Of a stretch of 64,000 bases of DNA, positions 55,853-64,000 are shown piece after piece; the first letter of the stretch is position 1, and the number at the start of each line of letters is the position of its first letter. This DNA comes from a virus, in the IMG/VR virus record IMGVR_UViG_3300044801_000187, positions 5,952 to 69,951 of that record; one strand, 5' to 3'. A model generated the notes under the pieces. The model was not told the DNA's origin, did not search any database, and saw only the letters and a list, made by a program, of their open reading frames with translations. The position numbers and the translations under genes are program-made.

Positions 55853-56542
55853 TCAGCCCCCGATCCCCACCGTCATCGGCTCCTCGACGGGCTCGTCCTC
55901 GGTCGCGTGCGTGCTGAGGTCGACCGTGAAGTCGGCTGTGCCTGAGACGCTTGAGTTGTACAGGTTGACTGTCGGCGTTGTGCTTGTCCAAGCCACAGTG
56001 CCGTCGCCGCTCGTCGAGAGCACGGAGCCAATGCCAGAACCGCCGTTGTCGACCGTGTTGCTCATCTGAACGTTGTTGCACGTCGCCAGCCCACCAGCAT
56101 TTGATGTGTAGGTAAAGGACGATGGTGTGGTGTTGATGCAGTTGGTGCCCGTGGTCAGCAGACTGCCGCCTTGCAGCGTACCGTAGGTCTGCGTCTGCGC
56201 GTTGCCGATTGTGTAGGTATGGCCGTTACCATTCCAGCACCAGCCATACGGATTGGGGTAAACCCAGTTTGGGTACGTGTAGACATAACGAACGTTATGG
56301 GGCGGCTCTGTGCCCTCTACAAGAGCTTTTAGAGAGCGTTCCACCATGTCTAGCCGAGCGACCTCAGATAGAAGGTCTTGGTGAGTTTTGGTAACTTTCG
56401 CGAGAGCTTTTTCAGCCTTGACGAGAGCCTTTTTCTTAGCTTCCAACTCTTTGGAGGCTGCAAGCATCAATTTTGAATACTTGTTAGCCTTTATCGAGCC
56501 TTTTGTGACTTTCGTTGACTTCTTTTTCGATTTATTTGCCAT
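55853..56542 (-). CDS. Hypothetical protein (basic coiled-coil N-terminus, Thr/Ser-rich C-terminus)
   Basis: 229 aa ORF; RBS GAGG; 5' half lower GC. Confidence 0.6.
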   Translation of the reverse strand: MANKSKKKSTKVTKGSIKANKYSKLMLAASKELEAKKKALVKAEKALAKVTKTHQDLLSEVARLDMVERSLKALVEGTEPPHNVRYVYTYPNWVYPNPYGWCWNGNGHTYTIGNAQTQTYGTLQGGSLLTTGTNCINTTPSSFTYTSNAGGLATCNNVQMSNTVDNGGSGIGSVLSTSGDGTVAWTSTTPTVNLYNSSVSGTADFTVDLSTHATEDEPVEEPMTVGIGG

Positions 56543-56646
56543 AAGGCACCTCTAAATGGACATCTGGTAGTTGAATTTTGTGAAATGACACCAGAGTTGC
56601 CGATTTCTGAAGGTGTAATACTTCCCAATTTGCGGTATTGACAAAT

Positions 56647-56800
56647 ATGGGGTATGTGCTAAAACTGGTAGGTAAAAAATTTGGACGGCTAATCGTTATC
56701 GAGCGGGCTGGAAGTTCAGCACGAGGCGATAGCATGTGGCTTTGCCGTTGCGATTGTGGTAATGAAAAGAAAGTCCAAGGAAAGCTCCTAACACATGTGA
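56647..56800 (+). pseudogene. Truncated homing endonuclease N-terminus
   Basis: KKFGRLIVI..WLCRCDCGNEK, then unrelated sequence. Confidence 0.55.
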
Positions 56801-56952
56801 ACGAGTTTAGCCGGAACGTGCATCCAGCGGAGAAGGTCCCCGCCGTAATGGATGGCTACGTTGGCGATGACCGTGGCCACGATGGATACGCCGATGGAGA
56901 TCATGAAGTGGTCGAAGTTCTTGGAGATGTAAAACGAAGTCGCCCACAAATG

Positions 56953-56982
56953 AAAAAGCCCCGGTTTTGAGGACCGGGGCTT
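56953..56982 (-). terminator. Intrinsic terminator
   Basis: AAGCCCCGGT...ACCGGGGCTT followed by a T-run on the minus strand. Confidence 0.7.
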
Positions 56983-57004
56983 CAGTTTAGAGGCTTGTCA
57001 GCTA

Positions 57005-58669
57005 TTAGCTGGCCGGAGCTACGAACTGACGGTAGAACACGGTGATGCGAACCTCGCCCTGACCTCCACCAGCCAAAGTCTGGTCGAGGGTGACACGTAC
57101 TTTATCAGCCGAAGCTTGTGTTGGACCGGTGACTGCGTCTATCGCCAAAGCCGGATTCCACTGGTTTGTGCCCACCTGCGTATCTCCAAAACCCAAAGTA
57201 GCAGCGGCGGTTGTAAACCGCGCTGCGGTTGTCGGGTCACCAAGCGCCATCGTTATAGGACTTGCTCCGCCTTGGACAGATACCAAGACACGAGCAACAA
57301 CGGCTTCGATGATCGCGCCTGCGGGAAGTAAATTACCAGAAGTGTCAGTGAAAGCTGCTGCAACATCGAGAACAAGGTCTTCTGTCGCCTGCCCGTTGAT
57401 CCATTGTTCGCCATGCGCCCCCGCCAGCGTTGTGCTACCGGTGAAATCCGGACCAGCCAAACGAGCGAGTTGCGCGGTGTCTGACAAATCGGTTGATGCA
57501 AGTGTGCCGACTGTAATATCTGCGCCCGTGCTGGATTGACGCAGAACTTGACCAGCACCGCCTGTTGACGCAAGGCTAACATGGGTGCCGCCGTTAGCAA
57601 GGGCAAGCAAGCCAGTCGTAATGTTCGCGGCATTAGTAGTGTCAGTCGTAGCCGAGGCTACCAAGCCCGAAACTTGACCGCTCGCGATTGCTAGCGAAGA
57701 TTGAGCCAACCACGCGGTGGCCGTGCCCGTGGAACTGAGCAGATTGCCGCTGGAACCAACATAAGCCGATCCGTCCATCAAGGTGCCACTGAGGACTGCT
57801 CTGGTGATCGTGGCGTAGTGGCTTGTAGCGGGGGTGATGCCGATGCCACCCGCATTATCCATAGTGATATGGGCGCTCGCGGTGGCCAAATCCATGCCGC
57901 CGCCAGTGCCGAGGAAGTCGAACGTGCCCGTGGCGGTGGCGATGCGAACTTTATTTGTACTAGCTGCGGTGAAAATCAAATCGCTGCTAGCTGTGGCATT
58001 GACAGCAGAAGGTAGTACGACCGTGCCCGTGAAAGTCGCGCCAGCCAACGGAGCGAGGGCGGAAAGCGGAGTGCCGCTGTCCTGGACGCTGCCGTCGACG
58101 GTGTAGGTCAGCACGTCTCCAGCGGCGATCGTCTGGCTCGTGTTGGTCGTCTGGACCGCGTTGCCCGTGCCCACTTTGGAGTTGATGTCCGCAACCGCAA
58201 GTTGACGGTATGTCGGAGCCGCTGCGGACGGTCCGGAAGCCGGTCCGGCAAGAATCGTGTTTGCCGCCGCCGTGGCGAGCGCTGCCGCAACCGTGCCTGA
58301 TGCGGTGACTGCGATGCTTGGGGTCGAAGACAGAACCGTGCCGTCGCCTGTAAAGGTGACGCTGGTGACCGTGCCCGCGCCCGGGATCATCGAGGTCGGA
58401 ACCCAGTTGGTGCCGTTCCACTCGATGGTCTGGTTGGTGGTCGCGCCGGACTGCGTGATCTGCGACAGGCTGACGCTGGATGACGCCGAGGACCAGCCCA
58501 TCACGACGGTGCTGCCGTTCAGGGCCGTCGCGGTCATGAGCTGCCCGACGATCGGCGGGATGTTCGGGAGCTGGAAGGTCAGGTTGCCGCCGATGGGCTG
58601 CGACTGGATGGACGCCTGCCCCGCGATGGACCCTGTGAAGATCAGTGTGTCGACTGTTGCTGTTGCCAT
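57005..58669 (-). CDS. Putative virion structural or fibre-like protein
   Basis: Ala/Thr/Gly/Ser-rich; GTVTSV and LALANGGT fibre-type motifs. Confidence 0.55.
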   Translation of the reverse strand: MATATVDTLIFTGSIAGQASIQSQPIGGNLTFQLPNIPPIVGQLMTATALNGSTVVMGWSSASSSVSLSQITQSGATTNQTIEWNGTNWVPTSMIPGAGTVTSVTFTGDGTVLSSTPSIAVTASGTVAAALATAAANTILAGPASGPSAAAPTYRQLAVADINSKVGTGNAVQTTNTSQTIAAGDVLTYTVDGSVQDSGTPLSALAPLAGATFTGTVVLPSAVNATASSDLIFTAASTNKVRIATATGTFDFLGTGGGMDLATASAHITMDNAGGIGITPATSHYATITRAVLSGTLMDGSAYVGSSGNLLSSTGTATAWLAQSSLAIASGQVSGLVASATTDTTNAANITTGLLALANGGTHVSLASTGGAGQVLRQSSTGADITVGTLASTDLSDTAQLARLAGPDFTGSTTLAGAHGEQWINGQATEDLVLDVAAAFTDTSGNLLPAGAIIEAVVARVLVSVQGGASPITMALGDPTTAARFTTAAATLGFGDTQVGTNQWNPALAIDAVTGPTQASADKVRVTLDQTLAGGGQGEVRITVFYRQFVAPAS

Positions 58670-58713
58670 GTTATGCTCCTACCTTTGAATGCTTTAGTTG
58701 AACTTTTTCAAGC

Positions 58714-59736
58714 TTAATGTGCAATTAAACTGTATCGTTTTTTGGCAGCGTCGCTCATTCTCAAACGAGTCTCCAAGGAATGACGCTTGCCCTTCATCGG
58801 GGAAACTCGTCCTTTGGCGGCTTCGCTCAGTTTGAGGCGGGTCTTCGGGGAATGCCGTCTTCCAGCCCTGCCCCTCAAAGCATCGCCTATTTTGCGACGA
58901 CGTTCTTCAGAAAATGGTTTTTTAGAGACCTCGCGTAATTTACGGATATGATCCTCGGAAAACTGTCGCGGCTCATATAGCAAACAGCCACAGCTTTTTA
59001 CGTTACCGCTTTTCAAATGTGCTGCCGTGACATTCTTGACAGTTCCGCAATCGCATTGGCAAGTCCAAACCGCCGCGAAATTTTTGCGAGTTGGATTGTA
59101 ATGACCTGCAAATTCTAAGACCGTAAGACGACCAAACTTTTTTCCTTGCAAGAGTTCCAATCGTCGGACGCAACCGCAACTTTTGGTATTCCCGCTGCAC
59201 AAGCTAGCCCCTAACGTAGTAAAAATTTTCCCGCAATGACAACGGCATAGCCAATGTGCTTTTTTCCCGCCACTTTTGGACGCGGTGACCTTACTTAGCA
59301 CTTCAATTCCATTTATAACTTTGCCAGTCATATCTATGGCGAGTGTACTAGGCGGATATTTATAGCCCTGCGCTTTTCTCCTAAGCCACGCTTCCCGCAT
59401 CTTACTTTTCCATTCGTTAGTATGCGGTCCGCTGAACCCCTCCCCACCCCTACAGATGTTGTAGCCGTACTCTGGGTCTTGGGACTTGAGGAATGCTATG
59501 AAGTCGCGTTCGTAAGCGTCAAGCTCGGGGCGAGTCTGGACGTCGGGGAGGAGGGCATGGATTGACCATACTTCCTTCGGGTGCTTGCGCATTGAGTTGA
59601 ACAAGCGGGATGCCCCGCCACGGTTGTGTGAGGCATCGGAGAGCTTAGTCTGAAGGTACTTCTTCAAATTGTTGCCCTTATGCTGTCCGACGTAATACTT
59701 CCCAGTGACGCGATTGACGATTAAATAGATGAACAT
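58714..59736 (-). CDS. GIY-YIG homing endonuclease with NUMOD3-like repeats
   Basis: FIYLIVNRVTGKYYVGQ...GYNICRGGEG; two CxCG..KSCGC domains. Confidence 0.8.
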   Translation of the reverse strand: MFIYLIVNRVTGKYYVGQHKGNNLKKYLQTKLSDASHNRGGASRLFNSMRKHPKEVWSIHALLPDVQTRPELDAYERDFIAFLKSQDPEYGYNICRGGEGFSGPHTNEWKSKMREAWLRRKAQGYKYPPSTLAIDMTGKVINGIEVLSKVTASKSGGKKAHWLCRCHCGKIFTTLGASLCSGNTKSCGCVRRLELLQGKKFGRLTVLEFAGHYNPTRKNFAAVWTCQCDCGTVKNVTAAHLKSGNVKSCGCLLYEPRQFSEDHIRKLREVSKKPFSEERRRKIGDALRGRAGRRHSPKTRLKLSEAAKGRVSPMKGKRHSLETRLRMSDAAKKRYSLIAH

Positions 59737-59781
59737 TAGAAGCCTCTATGCTCAATACTCCAAAAGTCAAATTTCCTGTCA

Positions 59782-60303
59782 CTATAGGCTTCTCACGTAC
59801 ACGTAGACGAGGTTGCTGCTCGCCTGGAACTGCACCCAGCCGCTCGCCTGCGTGAACACGGAGGACGGTAGCACCAGGAATTCGACGGCCGTTGCGGTGG
59901 TGTCGAAGACCGGGACGGGGTAGTTGAGGATGTTCGCCGTGCGCCCCGTGCACGAGTCGGGGGCTGAGAAAACAGTGACCTCCGAGCTCGTGTAGAGCGC
60001 CCAGAACGTCGGGCTGGACGACGGAATCTGCGCCAAGTTCGGAGACGCGTTTGCGACGGCGATGTACGCTATGCTTAAGTAGTTCACGACCTGGCCCTGC
60101 GTATAGGTCGTCGTCGAGACCCACACAGGGGCGTCAGCCGCCGGGATCGCCAGGAAGGTCACGAGGTCGCGGCCTATGGCCGTGAAGTAGTTCCCGTTGA
60201 GCGGGTCGCACGCCTGATACAGCGCGTTCAGCTGGGTCGTGAGCGTGGGGTAGTACGCCAACAGGTTGATCGCCGGGTTGTTCGGTACCGCTGTGTACGC
60301 CAT
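59782..60303 (-). CDS. Putative structural protein with CBM5/12-like insert
   Basis: WVSTTTYTQGQVVNY...Y.A...P....FW. Confidence 0.5.
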   Translation of the reverse strand: MAYTAVPNNPAINLLAYYPTLTTQLNALYQACDPLNGNYFTAIGRDLVTFLAIPAADAPVWVSTTTYTQGQVVNYLSIAYIAVANASPNLAQIPSSSPTFWALYTSSEVTVFSAPDSCTGRTANILNYPVPVFDTTATAVEFLVLPSSVFTQASGWVQFQASSNLVYVYVRSL

Positions 60304-60313
60304 AGTTTCTCTC

Positions 60314-60663
60314 CTACTTCATGCGGCGAAGGATTTCCTTCTTCCACTGGTGGTTGTGGCGCAAGGTCTGAGACCCCGCCGGATAACCTTCCCTGCGGAG
60401 TCTGAAGTAAAAATTGTTTCCAGAGGCGTATCCAGACGTACGCCCGTGAACTCTACGCTCCTCCGCGCCACTGTCATCAGCGTGATCCACGCTTAACTGT
60501 CGGGGTCGATCACCTGACAGTCCGGCCATGAACAACGCAACTGCCCAGCAGGCCCGTAATGAGCCAGCACGTCCAACTTGATTGACTGCGCGTATTCCCT
60601 GTCCGCGCCTGGGTGAGCCAGACGATACCGCTGCGAATTGCTGAGCCCATCGTTTTTCCGCAT
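60314..60663 (-). pseudogene. HNH endonuclease, frameshifted near 60497
   Basis: MRKNDG...LAHYG..CSWPDC..DPDS*, then LSVDH.DDSG...GYPAG.QTLRHNH in another frame. Confidence 0.65.
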
Positions 60664-60664
60664 G

Positions 60665-60922
60665 TCACCTCAAGTACGGCACTATCTTGTGCACGAAGCC
60701 GTGCCAGAACAGGTGGAGGATCACCTCGTGCAGGTGAGCCGCCGCCTTCGGGGCCAGGAACTCGAACACGCCCCATGCCGAAGCCACCGCGCCCAAGTGC
60801 AGCTTCACGACGTTGCGCCTGATCCAGGAGTCCGCCTTGACCGCCTTCGCCACCGCGACGTCGGCGGCGTGGTCGACGTTCACCGTGACGTTGAAGTCAA
60901 GGAACTGCGGGTCCTGCGGCAT
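60665..60922 (-). CDS. Small hypothetical protein
   Basis: 85 aa ORF within a minus-strand run. Confidence 0.5.
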   Translation of the reverse strand: MPQDPQFLDFNVTVNVDHAADVAVAKAVKADSWIRRNVVKLHLGAVASAWGVFEFLAPKAAAHLHEVILHLFWHGFVHKIVPYLR

Positions 60923-60926
60923 GCGC

Positions 60927-61211
60927 TTAGGCCTTCGGGGCCGCCGCTGGCGCTGCCGGAGCCGGGTTGGCCTTCACGTACAGGTAGGCCGCGAGGCCGC
61001 CGCTGGCGAGGGACACCAGGATGAGCAGGTCGAGCTCGCTGTGCAGGCCGTTGGTCACGTTGAACTTCGTCGAGTCGAGGATCGAAGCGCCGACCACGGA
61101 CGAGATGCCGGACCACGCGCCGTGCAGCGCGGCCGTGCCGACCGCCTTGATGTAGACGATCCAACGCTTTCCAGCGGCTTCCTCAGCCGCGAACCAGGAT
61201 GAGATAGACAT
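60927..61211 (-). CDS. Small two-TM membrane protein (holin-like)
   Basis: Two hydrophobic segments; RBS GGAGG. Confidence 0.5.
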   Translation of the reverse strand: MSISSWFAAEEAAGKRWIVYIKAVGTAALHGAWSGISSVVGASILDSTKFNVTNGLHSELDLLILVSLASGGLAAYLYVKANPAPAAPAAAPKA

Positions 61212-61277
61212 GGGGACGAAGCCCTCCTATCCTTGTAGTGAAAAGTCAATCTAAAAAATCTTAATGATACGCAGCCC

Positions 61278-61844
61278 TTGGGTGGAGAAGATTCTATGGG
61301 ACGTAAACCCCTCGATCTGGCGGGAAAGACCTTCGGCAGGCTCACAATAGTGCGTTTTCACTCCATCCAAAACCCAAAATGGAAAGGCAGCAAAGTGCCC
61401 AGCTTGTCCATGTGGGTTGTGCAGTGCGCGTGCGGGAGCCCTGAAAAAGTTATACGCGGCGTCGCGCTTACTTCAGGGAACACAAAGAGTTGCGGCTGCA
61501 TCAGCGGGAGGGGTCGCGGCTGGCCGTCCGGGGAAAGCGACGTTCTTTGGAAGTACAGGCATCAGGCAAAAAAGAGGGGGCTAGTTTGGGCGCTGTCAGA
61601 CTTGGAGTTTGACAGGCTAGTCACAGACAACTGTCATTATTGCGGTGACCCGCCCTCAAACGTACGGCATGGACTGTTCACGTATAACGGCATTGACCGC
61701 AAGGACAACATGGAGGGCTATGTGCCCGGCAACGCGGTTTCCTGCTGTTTCCCCTGCAATCAAGCTAAACGGGAGATGTCCTATGAACAGTTCCTCGCAT
61801 TCATTGCCAAGGTAAGCCGCCATCTAAACCTCATTAAGGGTTAA
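61278..61844 (+). CDS. HNH-type homing endonuclease
   Basis: TFGRLTI, CACG, KSCGC, CHYCG and NGIDR..GY..NAVSCC..CNQAK; paralog of 27480. Confidence 0.8.
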   Translation: MGGEDSMGRKPLDLAGKTFGRLTIVRFHSIQNPKWKGSKVPSLSMWVVQCACGSPEKVIRGVALTSGNTKSCGCISGRGRGWPSGESDVLWKYRHQAKKRGLVWALSDLEFDRLVTDNCHYCGDPPSNVRHGLFTYNGIDRKDNMEGYVPGNAVSCCFPCNQAKREMSYEQFLAFIAKVSRHLNLIKG

Positions 61845-62548
61845 AATGGCCCCCGTGATTCCCTGTACTCGTACTCGCGCTGCTCCACCTTGCCCATGAG
61901 GGTGATGTAGCCGCCGCGCTCCCCGACCCAGTCCCCCGTGTTCCAATACTCGATGTTGTCGCGAACCTCGTGCCACTGCTGGTGGGTGTGCCCGCAGAAC
62001 ACGTGCCGCGCCCCCGCGTGCGCCGCCCGCCTCAGCGCCCCGTCGCAGACCTTGCGGTCCAGCCTTTCCCAGTGCGTGTGCATCTTGTCGAGCAGGCGCG
62101 GGAGCCACTTCTTCAGGAGGTCGACCTTCTGCGCCCAGAGGTACAGCGGGGTGAAGACGCGCCCGAGCAGCGGCACGCCCTTGGCCCACAAGGCGTCGAA
62201 CTGGTGCCCGTGGATCGCCAGGCACTTGACCCCGTTCCACTCCCACTCATACTCCTGGTGCACCTTGACTCCGATCAGGTGCTCCATGACCTCCGCGATC
62301 CCGGCGTCGTGGTTGCCCTCCACCCACACCACCTCGACTCCGCGCTTCGGGTTCGAGAGCCTGCGGATGTGGCCGATGAGCCTCCACTGCTCGCGGGTGA
62401 GCCGGGAGAAGTCGAGGTCCTGGAAGATGTCGCCGAGGAGGATGAGGCGCTTGAACCTGGAAGTCTTGAGGAGATGGAGGAGGTCGGCCGCCAGCGAGGC
62501 GCTGGAGCCGAGGTGCACGTCGGACACGATCAACGTATCACACTGCAT
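61841..62548 (-). CDS. LpxH-like metallophosphoesterase (UDP-2,3-diacylglucosamine hydrolase family)
   Basis: SDVHLG, LGDI, GNHD, HGHQFD, CGHTH and NTGDW. Confidence 0.8.
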   Translation of the reverse strand: MQCDTLIVSDVHLGSSASLAADLLHLLKTSRFKRLILLGDIFQDLDFSRLTREQWRLIGHIRRLSNPKRGVEVVWVEGNHDAGIAEVMEHLIGVKVHQEYEWEWNGVKCLAIHGHQFDALWAKGVPLLGRVFTPLYLWAQKVDLLKKWLPRLLDKMHTHWERLDRKVCDGALRRAAHAGARHVFCGHTHQQWHEVRDNIEYWNTGDWVGERGGYITLMGKVEQREYEYRESRGPF

Positions 62549-63060
62549 GCGCGAGTGCTCCCCTGTGATGCGGGCAAACGCCATTGTTCTTCACCTTCCC
62601 CATCTGACAGTTGGCGCAGAGAATCTGAAATTCAGGAGGAAAATTGTTCCGCACTACCCAACTGTAGGTCTGGGAGACACCGCCTATTTGGCGACGGTGT
62701 TCAGCGCCGTCGTTGTTCTTGTGGTCAAGGGTCAGAAAATCCTCGATGGACTCCCCGCAGCACGCGCAGGTGCGCCCGTAATGGTCGAGAATCTGGTTGC
62801 GGTACCTGAGGCGTTTGGCGGCCTGCGAGACACATTGGTCGGCTGCGCAGGTAATGCAATGAACCTTGCCGTCCTGTGCTGGGGCAGGGCACCTCAGGCA
62901 GGTCCCGGCCTTCCTCCGCTTGTCGCGGTCATACCTACCGTTTGCTTGTTTCTGTTTTTTGTTGTATTTAGCCGTCGCAGTCCATCGCCTTCTACATATT
63001 GGACGCGAAGGCGTGTTAATTTCGTGCGAAATTAGAGCAGGACTCCGCCGTGAGCTCCGT
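62538..63060 (-). pseudogene. HNH endonuclease lacking a canonical start codon (absent from the ORF track)
   Basis: Open frame ...HYGRTCACCGE..LTLDHKNNDG...FQILCANCQMGK*; paralog of 14323. Confidence 0.7.
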
Positions 63061-64000
63061 CATCCTGCGCTCGTAGCGCAGCACGAACGACCCGATCAGC
63101 GCGGGGATCACCGGGGTGCAGGCGTTGCCTACGGCCTTGAGTCTGTCCACGCAGTCGGGAATCCCAAGAATGTCTCGCACGCCTCGGGCGTAGGCATCAG
63201 CGAGGGGTTCATCCGCGTCACCGCGAGGACGAGCATCTCCTGCGCCCAGCTCATGCTTCCAGTGATGCCACCCTTTGATTGCTTGCGCCACCTTCCGCTC
63301 GCATTCTGCCGGAACCTCCCATCCTCGGGCCACGTCCTCTCCAATATCGCAATGGCCGTGGGAGTTGTCACGGCACAGGACGAAAACTCGCCGCCTCTGG
63401 TACGGGGCCCCGAGCACGTCAGCACCCACCACGGCCGGCCAGCAGACGTAGCCTGCCTCCTCCATGTCGGAGACGACCCTGTCAGCTCCGTGATTCTTGA
63501 GGTTAGGAACGTTCTCAACGAGGACCCAACGGGGTCGGCATTCCCTGATGATTCTGTGGAACTCGAACCAAAGTCCGCTCCTCCTGGTGGGTTTGTCGCT
63601 GGTCCCGATGCCCCGTTTCCTGCCAGCGATACTGATGTCCTGGCAGTTGTGGACGATTGCTCCGTTGGCGACGTAGGACTCGTCGCCAGCGACGGAGATG
63701 TTGAAGACTGTTCTTCCATGTACTGCCTCGCTTTTCCTTATGGGCTTCCAGCCGTAGCTTTCGTCTACAAACGCCTGGCTGTTGACTTTCGCTAAACAAA
63801 CCCTGTATTGGTATCTCTGCCTGGCAGTCCTGCCTTCTATGACGGCGGTGGGGGCGGGGTCACGGCCGCTCAGTGAGGCGACGGTGGCGTATCCCCTCTG
63901 AGAGAGCAGGGCGATTCCCAGGGCTAGAGCCGGGCTAACTGTGGTAGCCCTGAAGTAGCCAGAGCTTCCGGCCTTGCGGTAGAAGGACCCGTCTCCCGTA
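63016..64000 (-). CDS. C5 DNA methyltransferase (alpha), intein-containing, 5'-open at the window end
   Basis: |CQDISIAG...RSGLWFEF...VENV...APYQRRRVF...LKAVGNA. Confidence 0.85.
   Translation of the reverse strand, partial: TGDGSFYRKAGSSGYFRATTVSPALALGIALLSQRGYATVASLSGRDPAPTAVIEGRTARQRYQYRVCLAKVNSQAFVDESYGWKPIRKSEAVHGRTVFNISVAGDESYVANGAIVHNCQDISIAGRKRGIGTSDKPTRRSGLWFEFHRIIRECRPRWVLVENVPNLKNHGADRVVSDMEEAGYVCWPAVVGADVLGAPYQRRRVFVLCRDNSHGHCDIGEDVARGWEVPAECERKVAQAIKGWHHWKHELGAGDARPRGDADEPLADAYARGVRDILGIPDCVDRLKAVGNACTPVIPALIGSFVLRYERRMTELTAESCSNFARN
63129..63719 (-). CDS. Overlapping alternative-frame beta polypeptide of the second methyltransferase
   Basis: Ends in motif-IX-like PTPEACETFLGFPTAWT; contains TTPTA and W...TxxGR, as in the 25731 ORF. 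Confidence 0.6.
   Translation of the reverse strand: MEEQSSTSPSLATSPTSPTEQSSTTARTSVSLAGNGASGPATNPPGGADFGSSSTESSGNADPVGSSLRTFLTSRITELTGSSPTWRRQATSAGRPWWVLTCSGPRTRGGEFSSCAVTTPTAIAILERTWPEDGRFRQNASGRWRKQSKGGITGSMSWAQEMLVLAVTRMNPSLMPTPEACETFLGFPTAWTDSRP
63646..64000 (-). mobile_element. Intein C-terminal part (LAGLIDADG type) at the catalytic Cys
   Basis: TGDGS...VFNISVAGDESYVANGAIVHN|CQD. Confidence 0.85.

Overview
This window looks like a gene-dense segment of a large GC-rich dsDNA phage, probably a jumbo phage. The host is unknown. No rRNA, tRNA or CRISPR array was found. The left part (about 1-23 kb, mostly + strand) encodes rIIA/rIIB, Ku, a J-domain protein, a minimal ATP-dependent DNA ligase, an RNA ligase, SET, HAD, Nudix, a ClpB-like ATPase with an intein, Vsr and GNAT. 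The centre (28-45 kb) encodes very large polyvalent proteins containing inorganic pyrophosphatase, RelA/SpoT, 2H phosphoesterase, about 10 ADP-ribosyltransferase-like modules, Nudix, GNAT and Cys-His-Asp domains. Their modules are repeatedly separated by a [K/I/V/L]-x-A-[A/S/G] motif, which suggests proteolytically processed effector polyproteins. The right part (mostly - strand) encodes glycan-modifying enzymes, virion-like proteins and an intein-bearing C5 methyltransferase. About 20 lower-GC homing endonuclease genes or remnants are interspersed. Several split a resident gene and carry a recoded copy of the disrupted segment, leaving an orphan stub. The window also has many deletion and frameshift scars and one exact 45-bp fragment captured from 20 kb away, alongside Ku and ligase genes that share a promoter motif. 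All calls are by-eye motif recognition with no database search, and some frameshifts could be assembly errors.
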